This document shows, piece by piece, positions 25,099 through 41,099 of a stretch of DNA of 64,000 nt (the first letter of the stretch is position 1; every line of letters begins with the position of its first letter). Below the pieces are notes generated by a model. That model worked only from the letters and a program-made list of their open reading frames with translations, was not told where the DNA came from and ran no database searches. The DNA comes from the human T2T-CHM13v2.0 reference genome, Homo sapiens: the NCBI RefSeq assembly GCF_009914755.1, contig NC_060931.1; one strand, given 5' to 3'. The position numbers and the translations under genes are program-made.

Positions 25099-26794
25099 TG
25101 GAGGACTGCAACTTTTGTCTTGCTCTGTTTCTGCATGAGGAGCTCTGCCCTGGGGAGGATGCTGTCCAGACCACGATTCTTCAGCTGAGGTCAGGAGTTG
25201 CTCCAATTTGCATTCCTTGTTTCTTTTCCCCACTCTTCCTCCTGCATCTTCTCCCCTTCTCCTGACCACCATGTGCCGGATCAGGAAGCAGGGAGGGGAG
25301 GAGATCAGTCTCATGCACATGATCTGCCAGCCTACCACACATACACATAGCAACAGTCCAGCCTAGTTAACTGGCTTGTGATTTTGCTTACGTACAAATT
25401 AACTAATTTTTAAATTCAAGTCCCTTGGAAAATGGAGAGATCTGAACAATTCTGCACCACTACTAAGGGGATTCGGTGAGGTCTGGATTTTGCTGCATTT
25501 TTAGGTTATCACGTAAAGATTCAGTTACAGAGTTCCCTGCACCATTGTGGGAAAAATAGAGCCCATGCTCCTTGCAGCTGCTAAGAGTTACTCTAACATT
25601 TCTCGAAGTCTTTCTAATACCCTTATAGAAATTAAATAAAAGATCCACTTAGGACTATTTAAAGTGTAGGTAAATCACTAAAAGGCATTTCAGTATGTTG
25701 TTAAGTTTCATCTTATTCTGCTGAAATTGGACCAGAGTCTGGCTTAGTTGACTACATGTAGCAGTTAGCAGTCACAAGGGAGGACCAAATGGCCAGAATA
25801 CCAGTGTCATTCTGAGCCATGTGTCAGAATTCTGGTTTTGTTGGACAGGCTACAAACTGTTATTCCTGAAATCTCTTCCTGCTTACCTCCTACATATTTA
25901 AAAATACTGAAGTGATGAGCTGATTATTTCTCTTGGGAACCTGTAAAAACCCTTATATTCATTATTTCTAATAAGTTGTCTGCAACTGAAAAGAGCACAT
26001 ACAGTAGAGGATTTTTTCAGGTAATACTTCCTAACGACTTCATCACCTTTTAAATTATAATTCAGTGTTTCAAGAGCATGAGAAATCACATTATCAAAAT
26101 ATAACCAGATGATGTTCTATTTATTTTGCATATCATTTAGGCAATTTTCATGTCAAGACCAGAGCCTAATCCCTAGCTTTAAAATAGCACCAGACTAATA
26201 CTCCCAGGTACAATTTCTCCCAGTATGCCCATGAAAAATCACCAGACTGAAAACTATGAATGACCAACAACTTCATGCCAGAATCTAGGCATACTTCCCC
26301 TACAAATAAGGTTGAAGAAACCGGGTTGGGGAATTAAAAAATCAGTGGATTGCCTATGATTTTATGCATTGAAACAAAACAGGTGTGCCTTTCACGATGA
26401 TGTAAATATTTTATCTATCACCCACTAACTCAGAGGCCCCAAGCTCATTAAGGGCCAGAAATGAGGGCAATTTCAGCGAGCTCCTTATTGAGGTCATATC
26501 CTGCATCTATCTCTAAATCTCTCACTTATCTACTATTAGTTATTCATGTTTAAAAAATAATTTGATAGGCATGAGTTTTCCAGAAAATACAGAAAGAAAA
26601 ATATGTGACAATATTAATTTTAGGAAAAATTGTTTTAGGCCAAAAAATATGGATGGAAGACTTTTGTTCTATCATGCCAATTATAATTTAGAATTACAAT
26701 GTAACAGTCAGATGTGTGCATTGAAACATAGCAATACATATTTCAGATAACACATTTTTCAGGCTCATAACTGTTTTTTTAAATTTAAGTTTTT

Positions 26795-27650
<856 letters not shown>

Positions 27651-28916
27651 ACGTTCTAACACAGATCTCTCAGACTTTGAAAATCAACAGAGTCTGAATA
27701 TTATAATTAATAAATTTTAACAAACATCACAGAGAGACTTTTCCCTCTTTTCAGTCACTTGTGAAATATTTACAAAAGTTCATCATACATGAAGCTGCAA
27801 GGGAAAAACTCAAAAGGTTTCCAACTCTAGAATATTTGTAGACAGATTCCTCTGAGTATAATTCAATGACTAACCATTAATAATATAAGTTTAAGCAAAA
27901 AGTCAAAACCCACAAAAATCTAACAAATTTAAAAGGATAAAGAGTGTCTTAAAATCTATTGTCCCAAGAGAAAATTAAAATTGTAATTATAATTTTAGTT
28001 TTTCTTCTAAGACAATGCTTGGCACATGGAAGGTGTTAAATGAATAGTCATTTAATTAATGAATGATGACTATTTAAAAAGCATAATAGAAATTAAAATC
28101 CTGTCTAGCAACATAGTGGCTCAAATTTATAGTCTTAATTATGCTTACTTAAACATGAAATAATTTAAATAAATGAACTAAGCACTCAGTCCCAGAGTTG
28201 GAGGAATGACAAGATATTAAATAAGGAAATAAGGGTGAAATAATAACAAAAGCAAAAATCAATGTATCTGTGAGATGAAGGAAAAAAGTGACAAGGCTCT
28301 AGTAATTTTAATTTTAAAAACAGAGAGAAAATATGAAGAAAAAAATTGGAACTAAGTTATATAAGACAGATGATATTTTTAAAAATACAGAGAAAAATAT
28401 GCTATTATCTAAGTTTATTCCTACAAATCTGAGAATTTCAGTGGAAAGGAAATTTTATTTTAAAGATCTTAAGTGGGGAAAATTGACTTATAAGTAACTA
28501 GAAACCAGAATATGTGGAATATCCATTGACAAAATGAGAAAATAAAAGTTTCAAAGAATTATTTCCACAAAAGATTATAAGGTGTGTTGATCAAGCTTTC
28601 TAGTAGCAGGTTTAATAAATTATTCCAGAACATAGAAAGAGTTTGAAAGCTATCCAGATTATTTTAGAAAATAAAAAAAAGCTAATATAAATAGCACAAA
28701 AATTATAGACCAATACAATATTTGCAAATTGAATTCAACTATATTTGGTAATAGAGAAATCTACCTCCATTAACAGTGTTAATACAAGAAATGGGTAGGA
28801 AGCTAAATATTAGAATATCTCTTTCTAAAATGACACGTATTAGAAGGTCCATTTATAACAAAATACAGTTACCTTCTCAGCAGGTGGTTTAAAGGCATTT
28901 AGTGGAACTGAATACC

Positions 28917-31570
28917 TGATAGACTTTGTACAATTGTTCCCACTAAAATCTCACGTTGAAATATAATCCCCAATATTGGAGGTGGGGCCTTGTGGGAGGT
29001 GTTTGGATCATGGGGGAAGATCCCTCATGAATGGCTTCGGCCATCGCCTTGATGATAAGTGAGCTCTTGCACTGAGTTCACATGAGATCTGGTTGTTTAA
29101 AGTGTGTGGCACCTCCCTGACTCTTTCTTGCTCCTGCTTTCATCATGTGACATGCCTGACCCCACTCACCTTCTGCTATGAGTAAAAGCTCCCTCAGTCC
29201 TCCCTGGAAGCCAAGCAGATGACCATGCCATGCTTCCTGTACAGTCTGCAGCACCGTGAGCCAATTAAATGTCTTTTCCATATAAATTATCCAGTTTCAA
29301 GTATTTCTTTGTAGCAATGCAATAATGGTCTAATACAGAAAATTGGTACCCAGGAGTGGGGCATTGCTATAAAGATACCTGAAAATGTGAAAGCAGCTTT
29401 GGAACTGGGTAATAAGCAGAGATTGGAAGAATTTGGAAGGCTCAGGACAAGACAGGAAGATGAGGAAAAGTTTGAAACTTCTTAGAGACTGGTTGGATAG
29501 TTGTGACCAAAATGCTGATAGTGATATGGACAGTGAAGTCCAGGCTGTTGAGGTTTCAGATGGAAATGAGGTACTTATTGGGAACTAGAGCAAAGGCCAC
29601 CTGTGTTATGCCTTAGCAAAGAGTTTGGCTGCATTCTGTTCCTGGCGTAGGGATCTGTGGAAGTTTGAACTTCAGAATGACAAGCTAGGGTATCTGACAG
29701 AGGAAATTTCTAAGCAGCAAAGCATTCAAGATGTAGTCTGGCTGCTTCTAACAACCTATGCTCAGATGTGAGATTGAAAAAATGACTTAAAGTTGAAACT
29801 TATATTTAAACAGTAAGCAGAGAGTAGAAGTTTGGAAATTTTGAAAACTGACCATAGGGTAAAGAAAGAAAAAGCTTTTTGTGGGAGAGGAATTCAAACA
29901 GGCTGTGGAGCAATCACTTGGTAAAGATAGTTGCATAACTAAAAGGGAGCCAAGTGCTAATATCCAAAACAATGGGGAAAAGGCCTCAAAGGCATTTTAG
30001 AGACCTTCCCAGCAGCCCCTCCCATCACAAGCCCTGATGCTTAGGAGGGAAGAATGGTTTCATGGGCCAGACTCAAGGCTTCAATGAGGCCTCAGGGATG
30101 CCGCTCCCCACATCCTGACCACTTCAGTTCCAGCCATGCTTCAAAGGGGCCTAGTTACAGCTGCTCCTGTGGAGAATGCAAGCTGTTACCCTTGGCCTCC
30201 TACATGTGGTGTTAAGCCTGTAGGCACACAGAATGCAAGAGTGATGAAGGCTGCCAAGCCGTTTTGGTCACAACCATTTAACCACCCTCTAAGAAGTTTC
30301 AAACTTTTCCTCATCTTCCTGTCTTCTTCTGAGCCTTCCAAACTCTTCCAGGTTCTGCCCATTAACCAGCTCCAAAGCTGCTTCCACATTTTCAGGTGGA
30401 AGGCTGCTAAGCCTTCACCTAGATTTCAGAGAATGTATGGAAAAGACTGGTGTCCAGGCAGAAGCCTGCTGCAGGGGCTGAGCCCTCATATAGAACCTAT
30501 ACTAGTGCAGTGCAGAGGTAAAATGTGGGATTGGAGGCCCCACACAGAGTCCCCACTGCAGCACTGACTAGTGGAGCTGTGAGAAGAGGGCCACCATCCT
30601 CCAGACCCCAGAATGGTAGATCCACCAACAGCTTGCACTATTAGCATGGAAAAGCCACAGACACTCAATTCCGGCCCATGACAGCAGCCTTGGGGACTTT
30701 ACCCTGCAAAGCCAAAGGGGCAGAGCTACTCAAGCTACCCAAGGCCTTGGTTGTCCAACCCTTGTATCAGTGTGGCCTGGATGAAGGACATAGAGTCAAA
30801 AGAGACTATTTTGGAGCTTGAAGATTCAATGACTGCCTTGCTGAGTTTCAGACTTGCATGGGACCTATAGCCCCTTTCTTGTGGATGATTTCTCCCTTTT
30901 AGGAAGGGAATGTTTACCCAGTGCTTGCACCCACATTGTATCTTGGACGTAAATAACTTGTTTTTTATTTTACAGGCTAATAGGTGGAAGGACTTGTCTT
31001 TTCTCAGATAAGATTTTGGACTTTGGACTTTCGAGATGATGCTGGAACAAGTTAAGACTTTGGGAAACCATTGGGAAGGCATGACTGTATTTTGCAATGT
31101 GAGAAGGACATGATAATTTGGGAGGGCAGAGGTACAATGATATAGTTTGATAGTTTGGTTACTTGTCCTCACCCAAATCTCATGTTAAAATGTAATGCAC
31201 AGTGTTGGAGGTGGGGCCTAGTGGGAGGTGTTTGGATCATAGGGATAGATCCCCCATGAATGGCTTGGGCCATCCCCTTGGTGACAAGTGAGCTCTTGCT
31301 CTGAGTTCACATGACATCTGGTTGTTTAAAGTGTGTGACACATCCCCCCACTCTCTCTCTTGCTCCTGCTTTTGCCACATGACATACCTGCTCCCACTTC
31401 ACCTTCTGTCATGAGTAAAGGCTCCCTGAGGCCTCCCCAGAAGCTGAGCAGATGCCAGTGTCATGCTTCCTGTTCAGTCTGCAGAACCGTGAACCAATTA
31501 AACCTCTTTTCCATATAAATTACCCAGTTTCAGGCACTTATTTGTAGAAATGCAAGAACAGTGTAACACA
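28917..31570 (+). mobile_element. Complete MST (MSTA/MSTA1-like) ERVL-MaLR element: 5' LTR 28917-29337, internal 29338-31137, 3' LTR 31138-31570
   Basis: Two similar ~430-bp LTRs (TG...CA), internal start gaaaattggtacc, purine-rich tract before the 3' LTR, and 5-bp TSD atacc/acacc. Confidence 0.93.
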
Positions 31571-32823
31571 ACACCTATCGCAGGTTAAAAAAAATGTCTA
31601 GGCTCAGAAATATACTTGCCTAACATGATAGAGAACATCTATATTAAAGTCAACATCATATTTGCAGTACTTGCGGTGAAATATTAGAAACACTTCCTTT
31701 AATAAGAAAGAATGAGATAAGGATGTGTTTTATCCCAATTATTACTTAACATTGTTCTGAATTCTAGCCATGAAGACATGTAGCATTATAAGGAGAAAAA
31801 GAAAAGACAGCATTTCAAATAATACAACTAAAAATCAAAGAAGTTTTACTGTAAAATTTTCAAATTTTTATGACTGCAACTGGGTTTAAGAAAAAAAATG
31901 AAAGAAAAAAGACCTACTTTTTTTCTTGCAGACCAACAGTAACTGAGTGGACCATAGATTAGAGGAAAGAAATATTCATTCTCAGTAGTAAAACTATAAT
32001 GATGCAAGAGTAGTAACAATTTTAAAAAGAAATGTGAAGTACTTAAATACACAAACTTATAAAATCTTTGTGGGAAAGATATACAGTGTTAATTTGTAGA
32101 AACGTCAATATTCTCAAAATATTGTTTCCAAAATTAACTTACAGGTTTAACTCATGCTTAATGACAGTTTCACTATTTTTGCTTGACACAGTGATCCTCA
32201 AATTTACATGAAAGAATAAATAAATAAGAATGATGACTATAGAAATATTGAAATAGAGAATTGGGAATTGTGCTTGCAGATACTAAAATGTATTAGACAC
32301 CAGCCCAATCACCAAAATATTAAACAAGAATCAATAATAAATGTATGACACAGAATTTAGAATTCACTAATAAGCTCTAGAAGAAATGAAAAGTTCAATA
32401 TGTACTAAAAAACACACCAAAATTTAATGAGGAGATAATAATGGATTAGATAAAAAATGGTGTTGAGAAAAATTAAAAGAAAAAAATTTAAGGTAGAGCT
32501 CACATAATGTCTCATGCCAACATAAATTCCTAGAGAATTAATGGTTAAAATTTAACCCTTAACATATACATTTTGAAGAAACCATAGGAGAATATGTAAA
32601 TGGCTGAAGAATGAGCAAGATATTTCTAAAGTAAAAATTAATGGAAGAAATAATTAAGAAAGGTCATACATTTCACTAAAAACATTAAAGCCCTTGTGCC
32701 TATCCTTATCACATAAAAAATTATTATGAGAAAAGTATTTATAACCCATATAGAAAATAATGCAAAAGCCATGAACAAGTGATAAAATTTTTTAATAAAG
32801 ATTTTTTAATCTTTTAAACTTTA

Positions 32824-33168
<345 letters not shown>

Positions 33169-35960
33169 TTATAGTCAATATTCTTGAGAGTTCTATTAAT
33201 TTAAACATAATTATATGTTGGCATAATTAACAGTAGCTATATCTGTATAGTGGAATTATTTTATCTCATACTTTTTTGTTTTTTGATTTTATATATTTTG
33301 TGTGTATATATACATATGTATAGAGATAAGTCTATATCAAGTGGTAGATACATATATACATACATACGTAGATAAATGGATACATACTTATATTGTAAAA
33401 CCATACACACACATTTTGCAAATTCAGCTTAGTTTCCACATGTTCCTGGGGTCCAGTTTTGTTGCCTCCAAAATAAGGAGATTGACATGATTCCAAATAT
33501 TATCTTTGATTAAATAAAAATCAAATCAAAACTGTTGTCTGCATGCATATGCATATATCTCTCTAAATACATACAAATACATATGCCCACAGGTCAAATA
33601 TATATGTATATTTGTATGTGTGTATATACACACACACCCATATGTAAGTAACATACATGTATAAATGTATACATGTTCACAAATTCCACTAATATGTCCA
33701 AATTAACTCCACTAAATTAATATTTAGTGGAACTCAATATTTAGCGAAGTGAATTAATTCCACTAAAAGTCAAAATTGAAGCAGACAAAATAGGATCAAT
33801 GCTGACAATGCTAATAAATCTTCAGGTAACTAACGCCGTAGAAAGCAAAACCACAGCAAGAGGGGACTACTATAATAAACAAGAGTCCAAATGTCTTTTC
33901 CTAGATTGATTCTTTCTGTCCTCACGATTGACACCTGTGAATTCTCAAAATTGCAGAAATACAAATACAGAGTAATTAGGTGTCCCACCATACTGGTTAA
34001 ATTGACTTTAAGATAACTAGGTAAGAAATGCCTACATAACCCAAACATTTGTCTGGTTACTTGTTTCACAAGAACCTTGGACTAAAGAGAGGAGGTTGGA
34101 AGAAAAGAAGTCAGAAGATCAAATAATTGTTGTTTCTTTATTCAATTACCTAATTCTTTATAGTTCTATAAATAAGTTTCCAATTAAGACCTGTTTGCTG
34201 CATCAAATATTAATCCTAACAAAAACAGTGCTTAATATATATGTAATATATGTATAAATGTAAAAATATAATATATAATATATAAACTGCATTTGTTAGG
34301 ATTAACATGTATGTGTGTACATGTAATATATGTAATACATATACACATATATATATCTGTCTTTATAAAATACAGTATGAGTATGTGCATACTTGTAGAC
34401 AAACCCAAATCCTAATCATAGTATTTTGCCTTTCTTGGCCATGTGAGGTGTATCTGTATATTGCTCAGGAAAATTTGTCACCAGCCTGTGTTAGTTCAGT
34501 ACACATTATAGCACCTGGACAGTTGTCAATGGCAGTAGTTACACATCATGAACAAAAACATTCCATATTGAGTCATATGCATTAAAAAAAAAACCTGGAT
34601 CCCTGCCGAAATGTTGTGCCACTTGTAATTATAAAGTGCCAACTGTACTTGGTTTCTGTACATTCTCGTTCTATATTTTGTGTTCCAAATTCCTCGTTCT
34701 GATTTGGAGTTCCAAGTCATGAATCCAGGATATGCTGCATGCACAATAAATGTTGTGCATTTTATTAACTTGCATTTTTTTTTAGTGAGCTTCAGCTAAA
34801 AGAGCAAGCTAATTTATAGGAAAACAGATCATTTAACACAGTAAAATTAACCAAAGTTATTTCGTCAAAAGAAGTTTTTCTCTCTCTCTTTTGCTTTTGT
34901 TCATGGACCCTGGACCAAATTTTCCATTTGAGCTCAACCAAATTCTTTTTTGTTTTCTCCCCACCTTGGAACTGTAAACTAGTGTCAAAGAATGTCTTAT
35001 TTCTTCTCAGTTGAAGAGGATTCTGGCTTGAGCATTAAGAGTCTCCAGTTTTTACTTTGTACCATAGCCAGATTATATCTCAACCATTAAGGTCACTTAT
35101 TACACAAAATTTAAATAATGGTTCTACTGGGACTCCTCCATCACCCACCCTCATAATCCCCCAAATAATGCGACAATGCTTGCCAGTAAAAGTTACTTGC
35201 TGGTAATGCCAATTGTCCAGAAAGGTATTGACAGCCATGGTTAAGGGGCTGAGGTTAGGTCTTAGAAAAAGAAGAAAACCCCCAGATGTGGTTCCTCCTT
35301 GTGAGGGTAAATGGGTTAGTTGTTTGGCACAGTGAAAAGCATAATACAACTTCCCTTCTTTCTCTCATCTTTTCTTTTATTCCCTCCTGCTACCCCGCCT
35401 TAGCTTTTTCTCTCCTCTTCCTTCTCCACTAGCCCTTTCCCCTTGGGGAAAAGATAAGGTACTGCTAGGGTTCCTAGGGTTCCTGATTATCAAAATGGCA
35501 AACTGCTCATAGAATGATGGTAATTTTAGAGATCAAAATGTCTAAGAAGTTATTATGCCCCATCTCTCATTCCATGAAGAAATGCAATCAGCACCAGTGA
35601 CTAGCCATCTGAACCGCTTCTACCCAAGACTAGCTTTAATTCCAACTCACCTAGGAGGCTTATTAAACACTCCTTGGCCTTTTGTACGATGCCCTCTACA
35701 TGGCAGAGCAATGCTTTAGTTTACTCTCATTTGTACATAGGTGTGCTTGACACACGTTTCATGGTTTGAAATATGGCACTCCAGAATGGGAGGCCACCTA
35801 CAGGTAACTTGGGGCCCCTAGAGGTCATGATCACTTGCAAGAAAGGTAAGGATAAGACTGTGAGAAATAATGCATCATTTGAGGCCTTCGGAGAGCTTTC
35901 ACGTAACAATTGCATACGCATTACCCGCTTTCCTTTTGTACAGAATCAGTTTACCTTTAG

Positions 35961-36269
<309 letters not shown>

Positions 36270-37262
36270 ACTCTCATAATTGATGAGCCTTTTCTCATAA
36301 CTTCTTTAGGAGTAAATCAGGCCTTGTCATGATGGCATAATCTTTGGATAAATGCTTAAAAAGGAAATGTTCTATCTTCCAACTTCAGTGTAAAATACAG
36401 TAAGCTTCACAGCCAGGCCAGGCAAAGTTGTTTTCTTCAGCACCAACTAAGTTAAAGTGAAAATGTAATTATTGTGACTTCCAAATCATCCTATTCCTAT
36501 TGCAATCTGCTTTTCTTACTGGCTTCCTTTCATGCTTTTTGGTACTGCTGGTGTTTTCATGGACTCTTCTTTGTTACATAAGTTCTTTGTAGAAGGAAGA
36601 GGCATGGTCAATTAAAGATTGGGTAATAGGAGATTAGAAGAATATAATAAGCTGAAAATCACTGGTTCCTCTTTAGACCATCACTAAGCCATGTAGCATT
36701 TCTGGCAAGTACCTTGAAAAATATATTCATTCTATAATTTTTAAAATAATACAAACAAAAGTAAAATACTTAAAAGTATTTGAGAAACATTAGTTTATAT
36801 TCAACTCATCTTAAAATTTTAAATAAAATGACTTCCCTATAAGTTCTACAAGGATAAGTGAGTAAAATGATAGTTAATCAATATCTAAGCATGCTACGCT
36901 TGTCTATTTACCTAAGTGGACTATTTGGTAATCCACTCCAGGATCCAAATATGTTAAGGTTCATTATACAGTGTAGGCCAAACAAAGATTTAAAGTTATA
37001 GTTACACAAATTATTTGATTTTCATTCAATTATTGAAGTCCACATGCCTTTTTCTCTCCCCACAAAAGCCTGTCTTCACATCATTAACAGAAGGGCATTA
37101 ACACTAAATTTCTGTAAAGAGTTAGAGATGAGCCTAGAGGCGTCTGCTCTGGCACTCGTGGACTCCTGTCAATGCACCTGGGGTTGATGAATTGAACTTT
37201 TTGAATCTTGAGCAGAGTGGCCCAGTGGATGGAAGCCCTGTCTATAGGACCTGTGTTCTAGT

Positions 37263-37452
37263 CAGTGACATGGTGGCAAATGTTTTATAACCAGCTCTTG
37301 GGGTGGGGGGCACGAATTCTTGATTTGCAGTGTTTGTTTGCCAATTTCCATGTGCAAATACTCCCATTGCCAATCTTGAGGCACAAACATAATGTCACTG
37401 AATGCAGAACTGTGGAAAGTCAACTCTTAGAGCTTGCTTTGACTCACCACTT
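37263..37452 (-). mobile_element. MER63A-like hAT-Blackjack element inside a MIR
   Basis: tgatttgcagtgtttg..ccaatttccatgtgcaaatactccca...gtcactgaatgcaga; MIR continues at 37453-37600. Confidence 0.75.
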
Positions 37453-39009
37453 ACTATTTAGCTGAGAAATGCCTAGTAAGTCATACCTTCTTAGATATTT
37501 GGGTTTCACATCTCTAAAATGAAGATAATTGTATCTGTGCCTCCTTTGTTTTAATTTTGTGTGTGTATGAGTGCAAGATGAGATAATAGATGTGAAAATT
37601 ACATCACTGGTTGTCAGAGAAGGGTTGTAGGATCAAGTGCATCTTTGGTTCACGGTGGGGCTTGCATCTCAAAAGTTGTGTAGACATTTGTCCATTTATT
37701 CACCAATTTAGGCCAAAACTATGATTTTCCTCTCCTCACAGAGGGACACGTTTGAAAAAAGTAGTTCTAAAAAATGTAAGCATTGACTTCTTGTTAACCA
37801 CGTTTATATATCCTCAGAACACCCACAGTTGTTTTTCCTTAGAGTATTTATTCACTCTTGTTCTCACCTGTGCTCTGTATATTACACACATTTTATCCAT
37901 TTTATAGCTTTACATTTCACTATAAATCCCTATGGCATTTTCTGTCTTCCCATAGATATTTCCTACCATTTCCAAATATTAGGATTCCTTTGCCATTAGT
38001 ACATACCAAGAAACTAGGTTCCATGTTCACATCTTTGTGCATGATGTTAAATCCATTTTACAGGTAACACTTCTCATTTACTGTGAAATGGCCTTCCCTT
38101 GATTTCTCAAGACATTATAATCCTCCATATTCTAAATTTGTTTGGCCCTTATTAACTATACAACTTATTTTGTGATTATTCAAGAATAAGGAAATTTTAA
38201 AATTAGACTAAATTTCAATGAGCATTTTTTTCTGGCTAGGTATAACATCATTTTAGCATTTTAAATGGGAAAGGAGCCAAAATGGTTGGAGTATCACAAG
38301 AAGAAGCTACCAGGGTGTGGACCAATAGGTCTCCCCAGGTGGATTTTACCTTAGTCTGGTCACCAGCTCTTCTCTTTCTGAAAGTTGAACTTGTCAGCAC
38401 ACTGAAGGCAGATGTCACATCAGAGTCACACTGACCATATTCACAGATGGGCATGTAACCCCAAATGCCAGTATGTAACCATACACTGACAACTATAACT
38501 ATCACTTGGTCCTAAATCCTCAAGTTGACACGACCAGCCCATTTTCTCCCTGATACTGAAGGGAAGCCATAACATCATCGGGAGCATGAAGAGTGTTTGG
38601 TGAGCCCTGAACCAAGGCGAGGGGTGTTGGTATTACATTTCAATTGTCAAATCACTCTAGGTTGCAATTTTCTTGATTTCCTTGTGCATTCATCTCCAAC
38701 AGAGACGCAGTCCCTTTAGAAATTGGAGTCCATGGGGTGGATCTCTCTACCCTTAACTGTGTTAGGGTAATGCTGACAACTCACGCCTCTCTGAATGATT
38801 TTCTTAGGGCTTTCATACTTAGCCTCTGCTGATTCCCCTAGAAGTTCAGTTCCATTTGTCAAGTACTGGTCTGGTCTGAAAGCCATTCTTTCCATTACAG
38901 TAACTTCACACATTTCTGCTCTAATTCAATTGGAATTGAGTTTACAGTTGGAGCAGAGAAAAACCTTATTCACTATTATTTGTTTTCCCTCATGGCAACT
39001 CTCAAGTCT

Positions 39010-39420
39010 ATTGTTTTAAAATAAAGCAATAAAATAAGCCACCCCTAAAAGTAATAGCCGTCCTTTATTTTGACTCATGTGAGGCTGGAGGTCTCTGTTT
39101 CAAGCTGAGGGGCCAGCTGGGATTGTCCCCTGTTGTAGGCTAGGGCTGGGCTTCTGTCGGCTTCAGGGTGCCCATTCTGGTGATCAGGCTGAAGGGATGA
39201 AACTCTCAGGGGAGCTCTTCTTGTGGCAACAACAAAGGCACAAGAGGACAAGCCCAACCACGCAAACGCATTCCAGTTCTGCTTGTAACACATCTGCTAA
39301 AGCTCCAGCAGCCAAATCATATGGCTAGACCCAAACGCAAGGTTCAGTGAAGTGCCCTGCACCTTCCACAAGGCCAAAGTGTGTCGTGTGGCTGAATGTC
39401 AATGGGACAGGCAGGCATCC
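39010..39420. mobile_element. Old MLT1 (J/K/L-like) LTR
   Basis: caggctgaaggga...gcacaagaggacaagcccaacc...acatctgcta...catatggctagaccca. Confidence 0.6.
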
Positions 39421-39591
39421 CCCTGTCATGTTCAAAAATACTAATCTAAGCTACCATGGTGTCTTACATATACCATCTGCTATTTGAACGTTTTTAGATT
39501 CAACTTTAAATTTGTACCTTGTTTTATTTGTTTAAGTAGATTATAATAATGTCCCTGAAGGTTACGGGTTGATAGAACAAAACAAAAAAAT

Positions 39592-39621
39592 ACACACACA
39601 CACGCACACACACACACACAC
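39592..39621. repeat. (CA)n microsatellite
   Basis: Direct inspection. Confidence 0.95.
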
Positions 39622-39629
39622 TCAGGCTA

Positions 39630-39921
<292 letters not shown>

Positions 39922-41099
39922 TTCAAACACCAGAATAAAACTGAACCAAGTGTGTGACAATTGAAAAATTACTTGATGAAAAATTACTTGATACCTAATG
40001 TATCAAGCTCCATAGATTTATGGTTTTGAATGTGTGCTTGACACAATGTTGGTGCCTAATAAATGTTGCTCTTTCACATTGTACCATCCATAACCCGAAA
40101 ATAATATTTTGTTAGTAGTGGATGTTCTAGAACTATTGACTCATTAGCTATCCCACCTCTGTAATGTACAGTCACTTCCTAGCATATGGAACAGTTTCAG
40201 GACCATAGCACTTATTTTAACTATACACACCAAATGCTTTCCTAATTTTAAACATCATATCATTGTCTCACCCATTTTGAATTATACAGAGCAATTGTCC
40301 TCAGCTCTACTGTCTGCAGATGCCTTTGGTCTTGCAACATATCGTATGGATCACCTACTTTGTCTGCTTCCATTCACCATGGCAAGAAAAATCCAACCAG
40401 AATTAATGGGCAACTGGGCCCCATTCTCATTGGGAGCATCTGTTTCTTATTAAATATCATAAGTAACTTATTAATTCTTGCCAGAAGCAAAAGTAAAGAC
40501 ATTGTCGTACTGAAAGCTTTACCAGTACAAAAGACCAGTCAGCAGAGCACCTGGAGGACTTGCTGAGACAGTGCCTGGAGTGTCATTAATCTGGGGACAC
40601 AAGATGTCAGATTTCTTCTGTTAGCTTCCTGAGGAAGACAAAGTCAGAGTCTGTCTGAACAGCAGAACCCACCCTTTTTTAGTTGATTTGTGTGGTTGCA
40701 CTACAACAATGAGTGGATGGGTTAGTATTTGGTGGCATGACCACACAAATCCCATGGCAGATCCTGGCAAATCTCATAAAATGTGGATGCAGGAAAGGAT
40801 ATGAGAGAAGGCCAGGCTAAATTCAACCACTTGCAGGCATCAACTGAGGTCTTAAAATGTGAGGTGACTACTTCAAGGTCACCCAGAAAACTGATGGCAA
40901 AGCCAGGATAAAGATCCAGAGCCTCTAAAGCCTGAGTTGTATTTTGTGTGCACAATGTCACACAAAAAGACATCCTTTCCCTTTGACAGCCAGCCCCGAT
41001 ATGAATGAGTAATCTCTTGGAGAAAGTTTGGGGGTTTTGCAGTGTACCTTTCCTAATGCTTGGATTTTGGAAGGATATCAACATGTCTTTTCTGCAATG

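Noticed and set aside
24823-25353. 176-aa minus-strand ORF, the longest in the track
   Set aside because: About half of it lies in the VNTR, it has a non-ATG start, and it has no recognisable domain.
30136-30567. 143-aa ORF and the overlapping minus ORF 30186-30389
   Set aside because: Decayed MaLR internal sequence and its inverted insert; not an intact gene.
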